The position numbers were made by a program, and so were the translations under genes. Shown in pieces: positions 1 through 19,432 of a stretch of 64,000 nucleotides of DNA (positions are counted from its first letter, which is position 1; every line of letters starts with the position of its first letter). Source of the stretch: the human T2T-CHM13v2.0 reference genome, Homo sapiens; assembly GCF_009914755.1 (NCBI RefSeq), contig NC_060937.1, one strand, 5' to 3'. The notes below the pieces were generated by a model. It did no database searches and was not told the origin of the DNA. It saw nothing but the letters and a program-made list of their open reading frames with translations.

Positions 1-145
1 TATTAGTCCTAATTTATAGCCTAGTAGCTTGTTCAAGGTCACATAGCTAATAGGAGGAAGGGTTATGGTTTTAATCCAAGCAACCAGCTCCAGAGAATGT
101 GCTACCAACTGACACATCACAGCGTTTCTCAAAAATAATTCTGGA

Positions 146-358
146 TGGAAGGAAAGAAGGGAGTTAAGGAAGGAGAGAGAGAAGGAAGGAAGGAAGGAAG
201 GAAGGAAGGAAGGAAGGAAGGGAGGGAGGAAGGAAAGAAGGAAGGAAAGAAGGAAGGAAAGAAGGAAGGCTGTAAGGGAGGGAGGGAGGAAACAGGGAAA
301 GAAGGAGGGAAGGAAGGAAGGAAGATACAATAAAGGAAGGAAGGAAGAAAGAAAGATA
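146..358 (+). repeat. (GGAA)n-type purine-rich microsatellite
   Basis: Direct reading: ggaaggaaggaagg... with GGGA/GAAA variants. ORFs 145..333 and 164..361 are low-complexity artefacts of it. Confidence 0.95.
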
Positions 359-3300
359 CAATAGCCAGTATATTTACTCAAAGAGAAGACATCATAAAAC
401 CCTTTTAACAAACACAGCCTGACTTCTCAAATTCCCTCTCCATTCAACTTCCTTGACTGTAGAGTCCTATTCAGGGTCAAGGGAAGGAGAAATCAAACTA
501 AAGATCATAACGCTGCATGTATGTGGCATTGTATTGCCAGAGTTCTCTGAGTAAACCTTTCTAGAGATGCACATTTTGCACTCTATTGGAAAAGTTATCT
601 TAATTATAATGTTTCTGAAGATGCATTTGCCATACTGAAAGCAAGCAGTCACATACAATTTGGTAGACACCAGCACAAATGACAAGAAAAACTTGGTAAA
701 GTTGAAGAGACTGCCTTTGTTATATCTAATATTCTGTCACCCCAGATCTATCTTCTCAAATCTCCACATTACTTAGCCTAACCCTGTTTTTCTGTTTTCT
801 AGAGGAACCCACCACATTGATCAGGTTGATTTATTCACATTTTCCCAAAAATGCTAGGTAGATTCCTTCCTAAATCCATTAGTAAGTTATAGTCTGTATT
901 CCCCATGGATGAACTGTGTTCACCAGTTATGACTCTTAGGAGGAACTTCATAGAAGATCTTCAGTGGCATCTATTGGTACATGTTGGACATTAACTAAAA
1001 ATGTATAGTTTTAGCAACCAACAGATTCTATTCTTATACCTGTTGGTCATGTCCAGGCAGTTATGTGTAAAATAATTACACAATGTTTCAAAATTTCAAG
1101 ATGTTTGCCTACCTATATAGTGTCCTTCACTCTCCTCCCCAGCTCTCCAAATAATATCCATAATTCAAAGACCAGTTAAATCCTACAGGCATATTCACAG
1201 AATAACTGCCCTGAAAACATTGCTTAAATTAATGAAGACCATCTATGGACAATGCATCTTCAAGAGCTCAAGATCTGGTGAAAAAACGGAAACAAAGAAG
1301 AAATTTCAATACAATGTGATGAAAATTTTAAATTATTTCTCTCTTGCAAATTTCCATTGCTTGTTTGAACATTCAGGAGAATAGTACTGCTTTCCCATTG
1401 AATGTATAAATAAATGTAAGAATGAAGGTTGGCCCTCCCTCCAAATTCATTAAACATTAAATTTTTTAAGTAAAAGATAAGAGGGCTGTATGAAAATTAA
1501 AATTCATGATTACTTCCAATATAGAAAATAATTGAAATAGATAAAAACACAACCAAATAGAAATGGATATTGCTAAAAATTACCTTCTTAATTAAATTAG
1601 TAAAAAAAGTGAAATTATTGTTCTATCCATATTGGTGACATTGCTTCTTAAATTATTCAAATTAAAATATATTCTACTGGTGAGTTCAGGAAAAATTGAC
1701 AATAAAGGAATAGTATCATACACAAAGAAATATAACTCACTGTTTTAGCCTAGCAACTAGTGTTTACAGAACAAGTTACAGATTATTCTGCAATATGAAA
1801 CAATCCTAAAGTGTTTTTAACCTTAAATCAAAATTCAAATTAGAATTAGAAATGAAATGATGTTCTCATTTCAGCAATGAATACAGAAGTGAAATCACTT
1901 GATTTTTCTGAAGACTGTATTTTTCAGTGTTCATCTAGATTTAACACTTTAAAGAATACCTTTTATTCCTTAAATAACATTCAGTTTGTGAAAGTGAGCA
2001 CACCTTTTTCAGCTCCGCTTATTCTGTGGAAGGATCCTTCCATATCAAGGATTAACACAATATGCATCGTGGGTTCACAAAGTTCAGTTTGCAGCTATCC
2101 TTAGCAAATCATGGAACCATCTAGACTGATTGATGTGGAGATTGAAAGTAATTGATCCTGCCATTGAGAAGCTTTTTGAAACATGAAATTAAACAAGATG
2201 ATATTAAGCATTCTGAAGTCCAGCAGAGTGGCACATCAAATGTGTTACTAGCTGTTCCTTTTCCTTTGTATTTTTATAAAGACCCTTGGCTGGCAGAATG
2301 GAACAGAAATAGAAGCTAAAAGATCTAGATATTGATGTAGTGATCAAAGGCATACAGCTGGTTTACTTTGTTATAATAATATTTTATGTGGTACATGAAG
2401 ACTTTGATCCCTTGACAAATGTCATTTGTAGGTGAGCAATTATTAATAGGATTGTAAGTCTTAATATGCAAGGATCACCATTAATAAAAGTAGATTATTG
2501 TAAAGTGAATTAGCAATAATTTTACTTATGAATAAAAACTTATACTATTTCAGGTCATTTTCTTATTGTTTCTTGAAAAAAGAAGTCCTTTATAAGTCCA
2601 GTTAAATATTACCTAATTTTTGCATCAAATTTCATGGTAAACAAGGCTTATTTTCTTACTTTACTGATGTCTAAAAGCTAAATTTCACTGGTGATATATC
2701 ATTTGTTTAAGACTAGGTAACTGATAACCTAAGCTGAGACCCAAAATTTGTTATTTTCTTTATTTACAGCACAATATTTTCCATCATGGTATATTACATC
2801 TTGCTAAAGAAGCTATGTTTCTTTAGCAAGACAATTGAAAAGCATAAACATTGGTTTACTAGAAAGATTTTTAATATTCCATATTATTTACAACTGTTTG
2901 CTTATTTCCATGTATAAAATGACATTGATTCAATAGACTTCTTCCACATTTGCATGATATTCAGCTATAACACTAACTCAGGCAATATTCATATGGCTCC
3001 AGAATTAAACTGGTATCTGACCTCCCAATTGAATTAGAAGATAGGCATTTTGTGATTTGAGGAAGACATCCTGTGAATTTACAAATGTCCAGAAAGTTAT
3101 ACAAAAGAAAAACAAAATACTTTAGTCTAGTTAAAAGTAGTGCTACTATTTCTTGAAATTCTGAAAGCTGTACTAAGTATCACTCCTAAATCTGGGGATA
3201 AAGTACAGAAAATGGCATCTCCCAATATAATCTTGGACATATTTGTCATTAAGAAGCACAATGAAATATGACAAATTGTACAGCAACTTTTAAAAATTGC

Positions 3301-4087
3301 TAATAACTCTTTGTTTATCTCAGTAGTAAAATTTAAATACTGATCCAACCTGACACATATGAACATAACATACCTATTCTGAAAGACAAAGACTATGTAT
3401 CGATATTTATATTATATTTAATACAAATCATGGAATATAGAATTATAGAATTGTGCCTATTTACCTAGAAAATATTACCCCAGTTTTGTTTTTCTAAGCT
3501 TCAAGAGAGATTTCTTGGAGAAAATGAGATTTTATAAGCAATGCTAGCAAAAAAAGATAACTTAAAAGATTATGGAGAAAAAGGCGTATTTTAGATACAA
3601 AACACAGATTGAGAAACGCTTAGGGGCAAGAAGTAATGCATCACTGGCCAGTGTAAATGAACCGTTTAGGCAGTAAAATGTGTCCAAGCAAGTGGTGAGT
3701 ATATCCTGTTCTCTTTTATATATCTAGACAAGTGATTTCAAACACCCACATGGAGCCCTGAGACCCTGGGTGTTCACCTAATGTAAGCCCCAATATAGGA
3801 GCTGAGGTCAAGTAATTGAGGGAATATGTCCAACAATCAATGAGCAAATTAGAATGAGCTAACTGTCACACATTCTTACCCTCATCCCTTTGCTGCATTA
3901 ACTGAGCAAACAACTCTCTCTAACTATGTAGGAAAAGTGTTAGTACTCAAATAAAAAGGTAAATTTAATAATCTGCTTAAGGCTGTATGAAAAAATGAAG
4001 CAATGTGTATCAGGTTTCTTCAAATATATGCATATTGCAATCCACCCTTATAAGTAGTTTTACCCTCGATTGTAAGAGCTAAAAGCA

Positions 4088-4433
<346 letters not shown>

Positions 4434-4586
4434 TCATATAGCTTATATGATAATAAAGCTATATGCACCAGCAGATATATTGTTTTATATTATATAACAT
4501 ATTATACATATTTTACACTGGATAATGGATAAATGGTACCTATTATGTTGGTGACCACAATTTTGGCAGCCTTAGAAAAACTTCAG

Positions 4587-4902
<316 letters not shown>

Positions 4903-6413
4903 TCAGAGCATAAGCCAAAACAATTAGAAATAGCATGGCTTTAAATTAATTTTTCAAGAATCTTAAGGTGACAAATATTCTGTCATCTGTCATGCAAATC
5001 TAGTTCCACAGAAGGGCAAATTAGGAATCCATTACCTGGAATAACCATTCCTCATGCCTAGAAGAAGAATCTCTACAAGCAGGATTCTTGCTTTCAACAT
5101 GCCCTTATAAATTGGAGTCAGACTGAATCATTTTTTCTTGGCAATGGACAAGAAAATCAGACTGTAACTACCTTTGTCACTGAGAATTGGTCAACCATTT
5201 CAAAATAGGTAAGTTTTCTCCCCCTGATGTTTCTACTGGGGCTTGAAGGATTGATAAATATGCTTATATTCTCTGTCAGAATTTTGAACTAAGGGAGAGA
5301 TAAGCAAAGATTCAGGCAGATGGAGATCAAGATGGCAGGTTTATTTTTAAAGGAGCTATGGGGAATCTTTGTGGTAACAATAGATTTTTTCTGTTACTGT
5401 GGACACACATACCTTCCCAGCCACAAGTGGTGCTAGACAACTGCACACCTCTCCATCCCACCTCCCATCCCAACAGATACATAGGCATTTTCTTCAGATG
5501 TTGATGAAAATAATTATTTTATCACTACATCCAGATAATTCCAACAAGCAATATGCTTGTTGAGGTGAAATAATTTTTCTAAGATACAAACAGAAAATAT
5601 ATACAATTGAAATAGACACTAGGTGATATTTCACATACGCAATATGAGCTCTGTTTCTTTGACAAGACAGATGCATGAAGAATTCATGTTTGAATGATTG
5701 GCATTAGTCTAAAGTATTAAATAATGAAATTGTCCATATTCTCTGCCCAGTATGATCTTTTAAAATATCATCCACACAAATACAAGTGAGGTCATATTTT
5801 TTACAATGAGGCATCAAATTTAAAGGCAGCAAAAAAATAATGAATATACCTCTTAGGCTAATTGTTTACCTTAGTGGCTTTAATGATATGGAAAGTTGAA
5901 GTTTAGAGTGAGAAAAGCACCAAAAAAGAAAATAATCAGTCTCCTGACTTTCATATCTGGTAGTCTTAGAATGAATGTCAGAACTGTCACAGGTCAAATA
6001 ATGGCCCAGTATGTTTTCAAATAAGTGACACTGAACACCATGTTTTAGAAGTGCATGATTATCCTTCTTGATGTTAATCTCACAACTTAAGGACATGCTT
6101 GCCAAACATCATAATTTCTCTTAATAACTCATATCAGATAAATCTCCAGTGGAGACCTATGCTCTGGACTCCAGACTTATGCCAAGTAGCCTAATTACTA
6201 TCTCCACTTGCAGGCAAAATAGGCATCTCAAAGTGAACATACCTCAAAAAGAGCTCTTAATCTCCTTCTACTATTCTCCCCACTTACCCAGCATCTTCAC
6301 CATTCTCACCTTCTCTCATCATGTTCCTCATATCAGGAGGTAATAGACTCCATCCTTATAGTTATACAGTTATTAAGCCACAAAACACCCTGTTTATACC
6401 CTTGGCAGCCCTA

Positions 6414-7726
6414 TTTTTTTTTTTAATTATACTTTAAGTTCTGTGATACAGGTGCAGAACATGCAGGTTTGTTACATAGGTATACATGTGTCATGGTGGT
6501 TTGCTGCACCTATCAACCTGTCATCTACATTAGGTATTTCTGCTAATGCTATCCCTCCCTTACCCCCCACCCCCTGACAGGCCCTTGTGTGTAATATTTC
6601 CCTCCCTGTATCCATGTGTTCTTATTGTTCAACTCCCACTTATGAGTGAGAATATGCAGTGTTTGGTTTTCTGTTCCTGTGTTAGTTTGCTGAGAATGAT
6701 GGTTTCCAGCTTTATCTATGTCCCTGCAAAGGACATGAACACATTCTTTTTTATGGCTGCATAATATTCCATGGTATATATGTGCCACATTTTCTTTATC
6801 CAGGCTATCATTGATGGGCATTTGGGTTGGTTCCAAGTCTTTGCTATTGTGAATAATGCTGCAGGAAACATACATGTGCATGTGCCAACCCCATCAAAAA
6901 GTGGACAAAGGATATGAGCAGACACTTCTCAAAAGAAGAAATTTATGCGGCCAACAAACATATGAAAAAAAGCTCATCATCACTGTGCTGGGTCCATCCC
7001 GCAGACCCTGGCTGAGCAACAGAAGAAAGGAGTACTCAGACACAAATATACAGGGTAAGAGCAGGCTAGGAGGCTGCGAGCACTAGGGGCAGAGGAGAGT
7101 TAGCAGTCTCAGTAAGACAGAGCTGCTTGTATTTATTCAGTACTGGTATAACGTCCAAGGCCTGGAGTCAACACAATTGCTGGGTAATTAACATTTTTGC
7201 TCCCTCTTACAGGGAGCAGTCTCATGCTCAGAAGTTCAAAAGTCAGTTTCCTGATGACATAAGTAAACAAGCCTATTTAGATAAACTTCTTTACTTTTCC
7301 TTGCACCTACTTCTCACCCTTAGCCTCAGAGAAAGAGAATTTTCTTCCTTCACCTTTATTCTCTCATGAAGCTTTTGCAAGACCTTCCAACCTTTCAAGA
7401 AGGCTTGCGTCTTTCCTTATAGCTTCTCCCACCACCCTGACCGATCTCCCACATCACTGGTCATGAGAGAAATGCAAATCAAAACCACAGTGAGATACCA
7501 TCCCACGCCAGTTAGAATGACGACCACTAAAAAGTCAGGAAACAATAGACACTGGAGAGGATATGGAGAAATAGGAATGCTTTTACACTGTTGATGGGAG
7601 TGTAAGTTAGTTCAACTATTGTGGAAGGCAGTGTGGCGATTTCTCAAGGTTCTAGAACCAGAAATACCATTTGACCCAGCAATCCCATTACTAGGTTTCT
7701 ACCCAAAGTATTATAAATCATTCTAC
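6414..7726 (-). mobile_element. 5'-truncated L1PA with 5' inversion (twin priming)
   Basis: 6414-6883 is the L1 3' end on the minus strand (poly-T, aattatactttaagttctg). 6884-7726 is the adjacent upstream L1 segment in plus orientation, ending at ...tataaatcattctac. Confidence 0.85.
6986..7453 (-). mobile_element. Solo LTR, LTR22-like (HERV-K HML-5)
   Basis: TG...CA termini. The minus strand starts tgtgggagatcggtcagggtggtgggagaagc. A 6-bp TSD tcactg (6980-6985, 7454-7459) interrupts the L1 sequence. Confidence 0.8.
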
Positions 7727-8019
7727 GTTTTTTTTTGACATGGAGTTTCACTCTCGTCATCCAGATTGGAGTGCAATGGCATGATCTTGGCTCACTGCAA
7801 CCACCACCTCCTGGGTTCAAGTGATTCCCTTGCCTCAGCTTCCTGAGGAGCTGGGATTACAGGCACCCGCCAACATGCCCGGCTAATGTTTGTATTTTTA
7901 ATAGAGACGGGGTTTCACCATGTTGGCCAGGCTGGTTTCAAACTCCTGACCTCAGGTAATCCACCCATCTCAGCCTCCCAAAGTGCAGTGATTACAGGAC
8001 CAAGCTACGACTCCCAGCC
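7727..8019 (-). mobile_element. Alu (S type)
   Basis: Poly-T, then gacatggagtttcactct...ggggtttcaccatgttggccaggctgg...cccagcc. Confidence 0.92.
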
Positions 8020-8320
8020 ACCCTCATTTTTTTATAGCTCATACTATGTTAACAAATTTTATCAATAGTAATTCAAAACATCTTCAGATTCTGTTCCTGT
8101 CTCACCACCATCACTACCACCCTGATTCAAACCACCATCTCTCCACTCTCCAGTTAGGTTTACTGCTATAGCCGCCTAACTGGTCTTCCTACTTCCCTGT
8201 AGCCCCTTGCCTTCAGTCTATTCTAGTTTCTGCAATTAGGGTGATTCTTTAAGAATATGTCAGACGGAGCCATTCTTCTGTTAAAACCCTCCAATGACTT
8301 CACTCTCCATCCCACTCAAG

Positions 8321-8758
8321 GTATTAGTTTCCTCAGGCTACTGTAACAAATTACCACCAACTGAGTAGGTTAAAAGTACAGAAATTTATCCTCTCACAGT
8401 TCTGGAGGCTAGGAGTTGAAAGTAAGGTGTCATCAGGGTCATGGTCTCTGAAGGCTCCAGGGGAGGATCCTTCCTTGTCTTTTCCTAGCTTCTCACAGTT
8501 GCCATCAATCCTTGGCATTCTTTGGCTTGTAGTTACATGACTCCAATCTCTTCCTTCATCTTCACATACTTTATCCACTATGTGTTTTTCTAAATATCCA
8601 CGTTCTTACAAGCACACTAGTCATTTGATAAGGGCCCATCTGAATCCACTTAACTTGACTGACTAGGCAAGATTTTATTTCCAAGTAATGTCATATTTAC
8701 AAGTACTGAGAGTTGGGATTTGAACATCTTTTTGGGGAAGACATAATTCAACCCACAG
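8321..8758 (-). mobile_element. MLT1-family MaLR solo LTR
   Basis: gtattagtttcct...gtaacaaattacca...ctcacagttctggaggct...ataattcaacccaca, the typical antisense MLT1 pattern. Confidence 0.75.
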
Positions 8759-8796
8759 TACTCACATCCCAAAGCTCCTTACCATGCACACATCTC

Positions 8797-8955
8797 CAGT
8801 CCTTTGGTATTCAAAGTGTGATACACAGACCAGTAGCACCAGCATCCCCTGAAACTTGTAAGAAATATAAACTCTCCAGACCACCTGAATCAGAATCTTT
8901 ATTTTAATGTGAAACCTAGGTGATTTATATGCAAATTAGAATCTGAGAAGCATAC
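8797..8955. mobile_element. MER5-like hAT-Charlie DNA transposon fossil
   Basis: tcaaagtgtg...cagcatcccctgaaacttgtaagaaat...cctgaatcagaatct...aggtgattt motif series. Confidence 0.6.
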
Positions 8956-9262
8956 CCCTCAAAACAACCTGCCTACTTTTCTTATTATTTCATCTGCTCC
9001 TCACTCCATATCACTCTGTCATTACTCTGCTTGTGTCATATTGGCCTTTTTGATATTCCTGTAGTGCCTGGACTATTCCTCCCCCAGATATTTGCATGGG
9101 TTATTTACTCACCTGCACCAGATATAAAGATACAGTTATTATATATAGTGATATATAATTATACATATATTATCACACATATATATAACACAGTGCAGTT
9201 GTTCCTGGATAATCTATTTTAAATATACATCCTATCAACCCCATTCTTCTTCCTTGCTTTTT

Positions 9263-14584
<5,322 letters not shown>

Positions 14585-15185
14585 TCTTACTTTATTTTTC
14601 ACCACAGAACTTCCTATCAACTAGTATGTTGAATATTTTGCTTATTAACTTTGTTTATTGTCTTCTCCCTCGATTAGAATATTAGCTACTTGAGTACAAG
14701 GATTTGAGCCTATTACGTTCACTGCTGAATTTTAGGCTCCTGGAAGATACCCTGCATTCAATAGAGACCACACAATAAATATATGTCAAATAAATGAGTC
14801 TGTAAGTTCATCAATTTATTTGCCCATATGCATTAACTTTTGCCCATATACATCCATATACATCCCATGCATACATATACATGCCCATACATCCCATACA
14901 TCCATATACATGCCCATATACATCCATAACAAGAGTTATTACTCTTGTTATATGAAATCAACTGTACTATTTGCTTCATGTAATAGTTTAAAAATACACA
15001 TGTGTGTATATAAATATATACAGAGATCATAGACCTAACTCCGTCTATATATGTGTGTATGTGATATATATAAATATATACACACATATATGACTGACAT
15101 ATATATAAATATATACACACACATATATATGACTGACATATATATAAATATATACACACACATAGATATGACTGCTATATATATC

Positions 15186-16167
15186 TATCTTGTGTAAGTG
15201 GAATCAGGCAGTATTCAAACATACTTTCAATTAGTAATGACTATAGTTTAAATAAGAGAAAGTTTAAAGATTCTGATAGTTTAAATAAGAGAAAGCAAAC
15301 ATCACTACTACTAGTATTTGGGGAAAAAGATTACAAATAGAGATATTATGATAAAAGTGTACAATATTTTTTATGTTTGTGCACTTAGATCCATGTTCAA
15401 ACTTTGGCTCACCTATACATGTATAGCACATTGGAATATGTGCTACAGTATGCCATTTATAAAGACTGAAAATAATAGTTTATAAACATTATTATTTATT
15501 TAGCAACCTCATAAGCTTGGTTTCAAAAATACCTGAATTACATAGCATAATCCCAGTGCTGGAGAACAGAACAGTAGCTGCCAAGGGTTAGGGTTGGTTG
15601 GAAGATGTGATTAGTGAGGGTTAATGTGAAAACATGTACTTTGTTTGTGGTGATAGAGCAGTTCTGCATCCAGATTATGGTAATGGTTACATAAATCCAC
15701 ACTTCATAGATCTATATACACACATCACACATACATTCAAACACATCTGTACATGTAAAATCCTTAGAAATATAAATAGGGTCTGAACCTGAGTTAATGG
15801 TATGGAAACAATGTCCATTTCCTGATTTTGGCAACGTACTAGGTTAAGTTAGATATAATCATTGGGGAAAGTTGCCTGAAAATAGCATGGTCATTCATTT
15901 TACTTCTTTTTTTAACTTCTTATGAGTCAAATTATTTTAAAACAAAAGGTATTAAGCAAAGACAAAAATTTGAAAGTTCAAAAATCAAAGCCCATATGAA
16001 TTTGGACATATGATTTGATTTCTTTTGTAGACCTTGATTTCTTCACCTGTAAAAATGGAATAATAGTATGATTCCTATCTCATTATTGTCATGCTTAAAT
16101 CATACCACTTATGTAGGTGCCTGTATATATATATATATGTATATATACATATATATATATGTATGTG

Positions 16168-16203
<36 letters not shown>

Positions 16204-18260
16204 TATATACACACCCACACATATATCTATATATATGACTGACTTTGACTGACTTAGGTCTATGATTTAAGATGCGGAAATTGGAATTTACCAGAACATT
16301 TGTGAATTGATTTGTTCTTATGCTTCACCAACTGTCATGGTAAAGGACACCTTAGCCCCAGCTCATAGTATGAAAACACGTAAATGCTTCTATGTGCCCT
16401 AAATTTCTCTTGGTTAAGCTTTATACTTTTTTTTGTTTATGACACAGAAATATGATCACAAAGCACATGTGTACCACGATACAAATTTCATGTATTTTGT
16501 CTCTGTATTATGTTTTCTTTCCATTTATGTCTTTTCAAGCTAACAATTCCTGATCTCCTAATACAGTGGGCCTTTCAAGCACTTACTTCTTTAGATAGTC
16601 ATGTTCTTTTAACTAGGATCTCACAGATAAAGTTATCAAAGCATGGAAAAGGATGAAGAAACTTGACTCCTTCCCCTCTCCATCCCCCACTAAATTCAAT
16701 TCATCCCAACCTTGTATTTGTTTTGTTCTCCTGGAAAAGAAAATATAGTCATCACCCTCAATAAATATACAATCTAGTTAGAGAGATATGACTTCAGAGA
16801 AGGATTTCTTAGTTTTGATTTTGATTATCTTCCTTTAGATATTTGGAAAGACAAAAATGCTGTATGCTTATGGACTGCAAGCAGTATGAGTGGAAAACAA
16901 AAGTAATAAATGTTACTTCTGACTTTATTATAATGTTAGGATTGTTAATAGTTAACAATTACTTACTGAAGGAAGATTTAAATTGAATATTTCTAAATGG
17001 GAAAAATTTAAAAAGCAGGTGAGTCCATAAATTTTAGGACCCAGAATCTACTGAGCTAAAAACTCAATGAGAGTTAATTCTCTGTTGGTGATGTAGCAAT
17101 TCTTGAGGTTATTTGTGAAGACTCACATGAGAGCTAAACAATAAAAGAGGACTGAGACCATTTCAAGGGATGGAGAACACCTTCCTTTCTTGTTCAGATG
17201 ATGCTCTGAGACATTGCTGTTTATTTTGACTGCCTCTTTTTAAACAAACTTCCACTTAGGAACTTAAAAACCACCTGTAAACCAACAGCCATAAAAAAGT
17301 GGGGAACTCAGTGTTTAAGCATTATTGTTCCCCAGACACAGTACTGGGCACTTACATAAATGGTATGGTTTAAGCATGACAATAATCAGATAGAAATTCT
17401 ACTATCATTCCATTTTTACAGGTGAAGAAATCAAGGTCTACAAAATAAATCAAATAATATGTTCAAATTCATAAGGGCTTTGATTTTAGAAATTTTAGAT
17501 TTTTTGTCTTTAATACCAATTATTTTTAAATAATTTGACTCACAAGAAGTTAAAAAATAGTAAAAAGAATGACCGTCTTATTTTCAGCCAACTTTCCCCA
17601 GTAATTATATCTAACTTAACCTAGTACTTTGCCAAATCAGGAAATTGACATTGTTTCCATACCATTAACTCCAGTTCAGACCCTATTCATATTTCCAAGG
17701 ATTTTACATGTACTCTTGTGTAGGTGTGTGTGAGTGTATGTGTGATGTGTGTGTATAGGTCTATGAAGTGTGGATTTATGTAACCATCACCATAATCTGG
17801 ATGCAGAACTGCTCTATCACCACAAAGAAAGTACATGTTTTCACGTTATCCCTCACTAATCACATCTTCCAACCAACCCTAACCTTTGGCAGCCACTGAT
17901 CTGTTCTCCAGCACTAGGATTATGCTTTGTAAATCAGGTATTTTTGAAGCCAAAGCTCATGAGGTTGCTAAATAAATAATAATGTTTTATAAAATGTTAT
18001 TTTCAGTCTTTATAAATGGCATACTGTAGCACATATTTAAATGTGCTATACATGTATAGGTGGCAAAGTTTGAACACGGATCTAAGTGCACAAATGTAAA
18101 AAATATTGTACACTTTTATCACAATATCCCTATTTGTAATATTTTCCCCCAAAAGCTAGTAGTAGTGATATTTGCTTTCTCTTATTTAAATTATCCGAAT
18201 TATACTCATTACTAATTGAAAGTATGTTTTAATACTGCCTGATTCCACTTATGTAAGATA
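15186..18260. repeat. ~940-bp inverted duplication: arm A ~15186-16124, arm B ~17342-18260, spacer ~1.2 kb
   Basis: Reverse-complement matches along the whole length. Examples: taagtggaatcaggcagtatt / aatactgcctgattccactta; gtggtgatagagcagttctgcatccagattatgg / ccataatctggatgcagaactgctctatcaccac; accttgatttcttcacctgtaaaaatggaa / ttccatttttacaggtgaagaaatcaaggt. Confidence 0.93.
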
Positions 18261-19129
18261 TCTACAATAGTTAAACTCCCAGAAATAGAGTAGAATACTG
18301 GTTGCCAGGGTCTGGAAGGAGGGGAAATGGAGGTTGCTGTTCAATGGGTATAAAATTCAGTTATCACAGATGAATAAGTTCTAGAGGTCTGCTGTCAACA
18401 GAGCACCTATAGTTAACAAGATTGTATTGCACAGTTAAACATTTATTAAGAGGATATATCTCATGTTAAACATACTTACTTCATTAACAGAAAAAAATGG
18501 AATATTTTACACATAAAATTACATATATGCCTGAATTTCACATTTCGTTTCACAAATTGTACTGGTGCTAAAAAGGTATTTTTGTATTAAAAAACATCTA
18601 ACTGAAGGAAAAGTTACAAATGAGTGATCATTCATAAATAAAATATAATCCTAGGGACCGCTGTTTTTCCATTTTGAATACCCTCCACAATTAGTCTTAA
18701 TAATTATGTTGGCTGAATGAAAAATAATGATTTCTCAAGAGGCAATAGAAAATAGAGAATAAGTCCATTCTTGAGAAAATTTATAATTAGTGAAAGTAAT
18801 TTTTTCATCCTCTTTTCTTATTTAAATCTCAAGTACTCTCTGCCACTCTGTGCTCTTCTTTCTGGGGTAAAATATGCCAGCTATGCACAGTCAGGGCATT
18901 CTCTAACCACTCCTCCTTAGAGATGTCTACAGACTTTTACTCAGCTAGACTGTCTTGTTGCCTGTCTTCATATCAACTTCGCAAGACGTGTGGACCATTC
19001 TCTTAGGCCCCTGCATGGCAGTGCATAATATATTCCATGCTAATTATCTAATGAGGTTCACTAAATTAATCTTTTATTATACCACATAAAATACTCTTAG
19101 ATCTAACAGTACAAAAATTTCCAATTATG

Positions 19130-19432
19130 GGCCGGTCGCGGTGGTTCACGCCTGTAATCCCGGCACTTTGGGAGGCCGAGATGGGCGGATCACGAGGTCA
19201 GGAGATCGAGGCCATCCTGGGTAACATGGTGAAACCCCGTCTCAACCAAACATACAAAAAATTAGCCAGGTGCGGTGGCGGGCGCCTGTAGTCTCAGCTA
19301 CTCACAAGGCTGAGGCAGGAGAACGGCGTGAACCCAGGAGGCGGAGCTTGCGGTGCGCCCAGATTGCACCACTGCACTCCAACCTGGGCGACAGAGGGAA
19401 ACTCTGTCTCAAAAAAAAAAAAAAAAAAAAAA
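19130..19432 (+). mobile_element. Alu, full length
   Basis: Canonical dimer with poly(A). ttccaatta occurs on both flanks (TSD). Confidence 0.95.

Noticed and set aside
14820-15159. ORFs rich in Tyr/Ile/Cys/His
   Set aside because: They are translations of (CATA)n/(TA)n low-complexity sequence.
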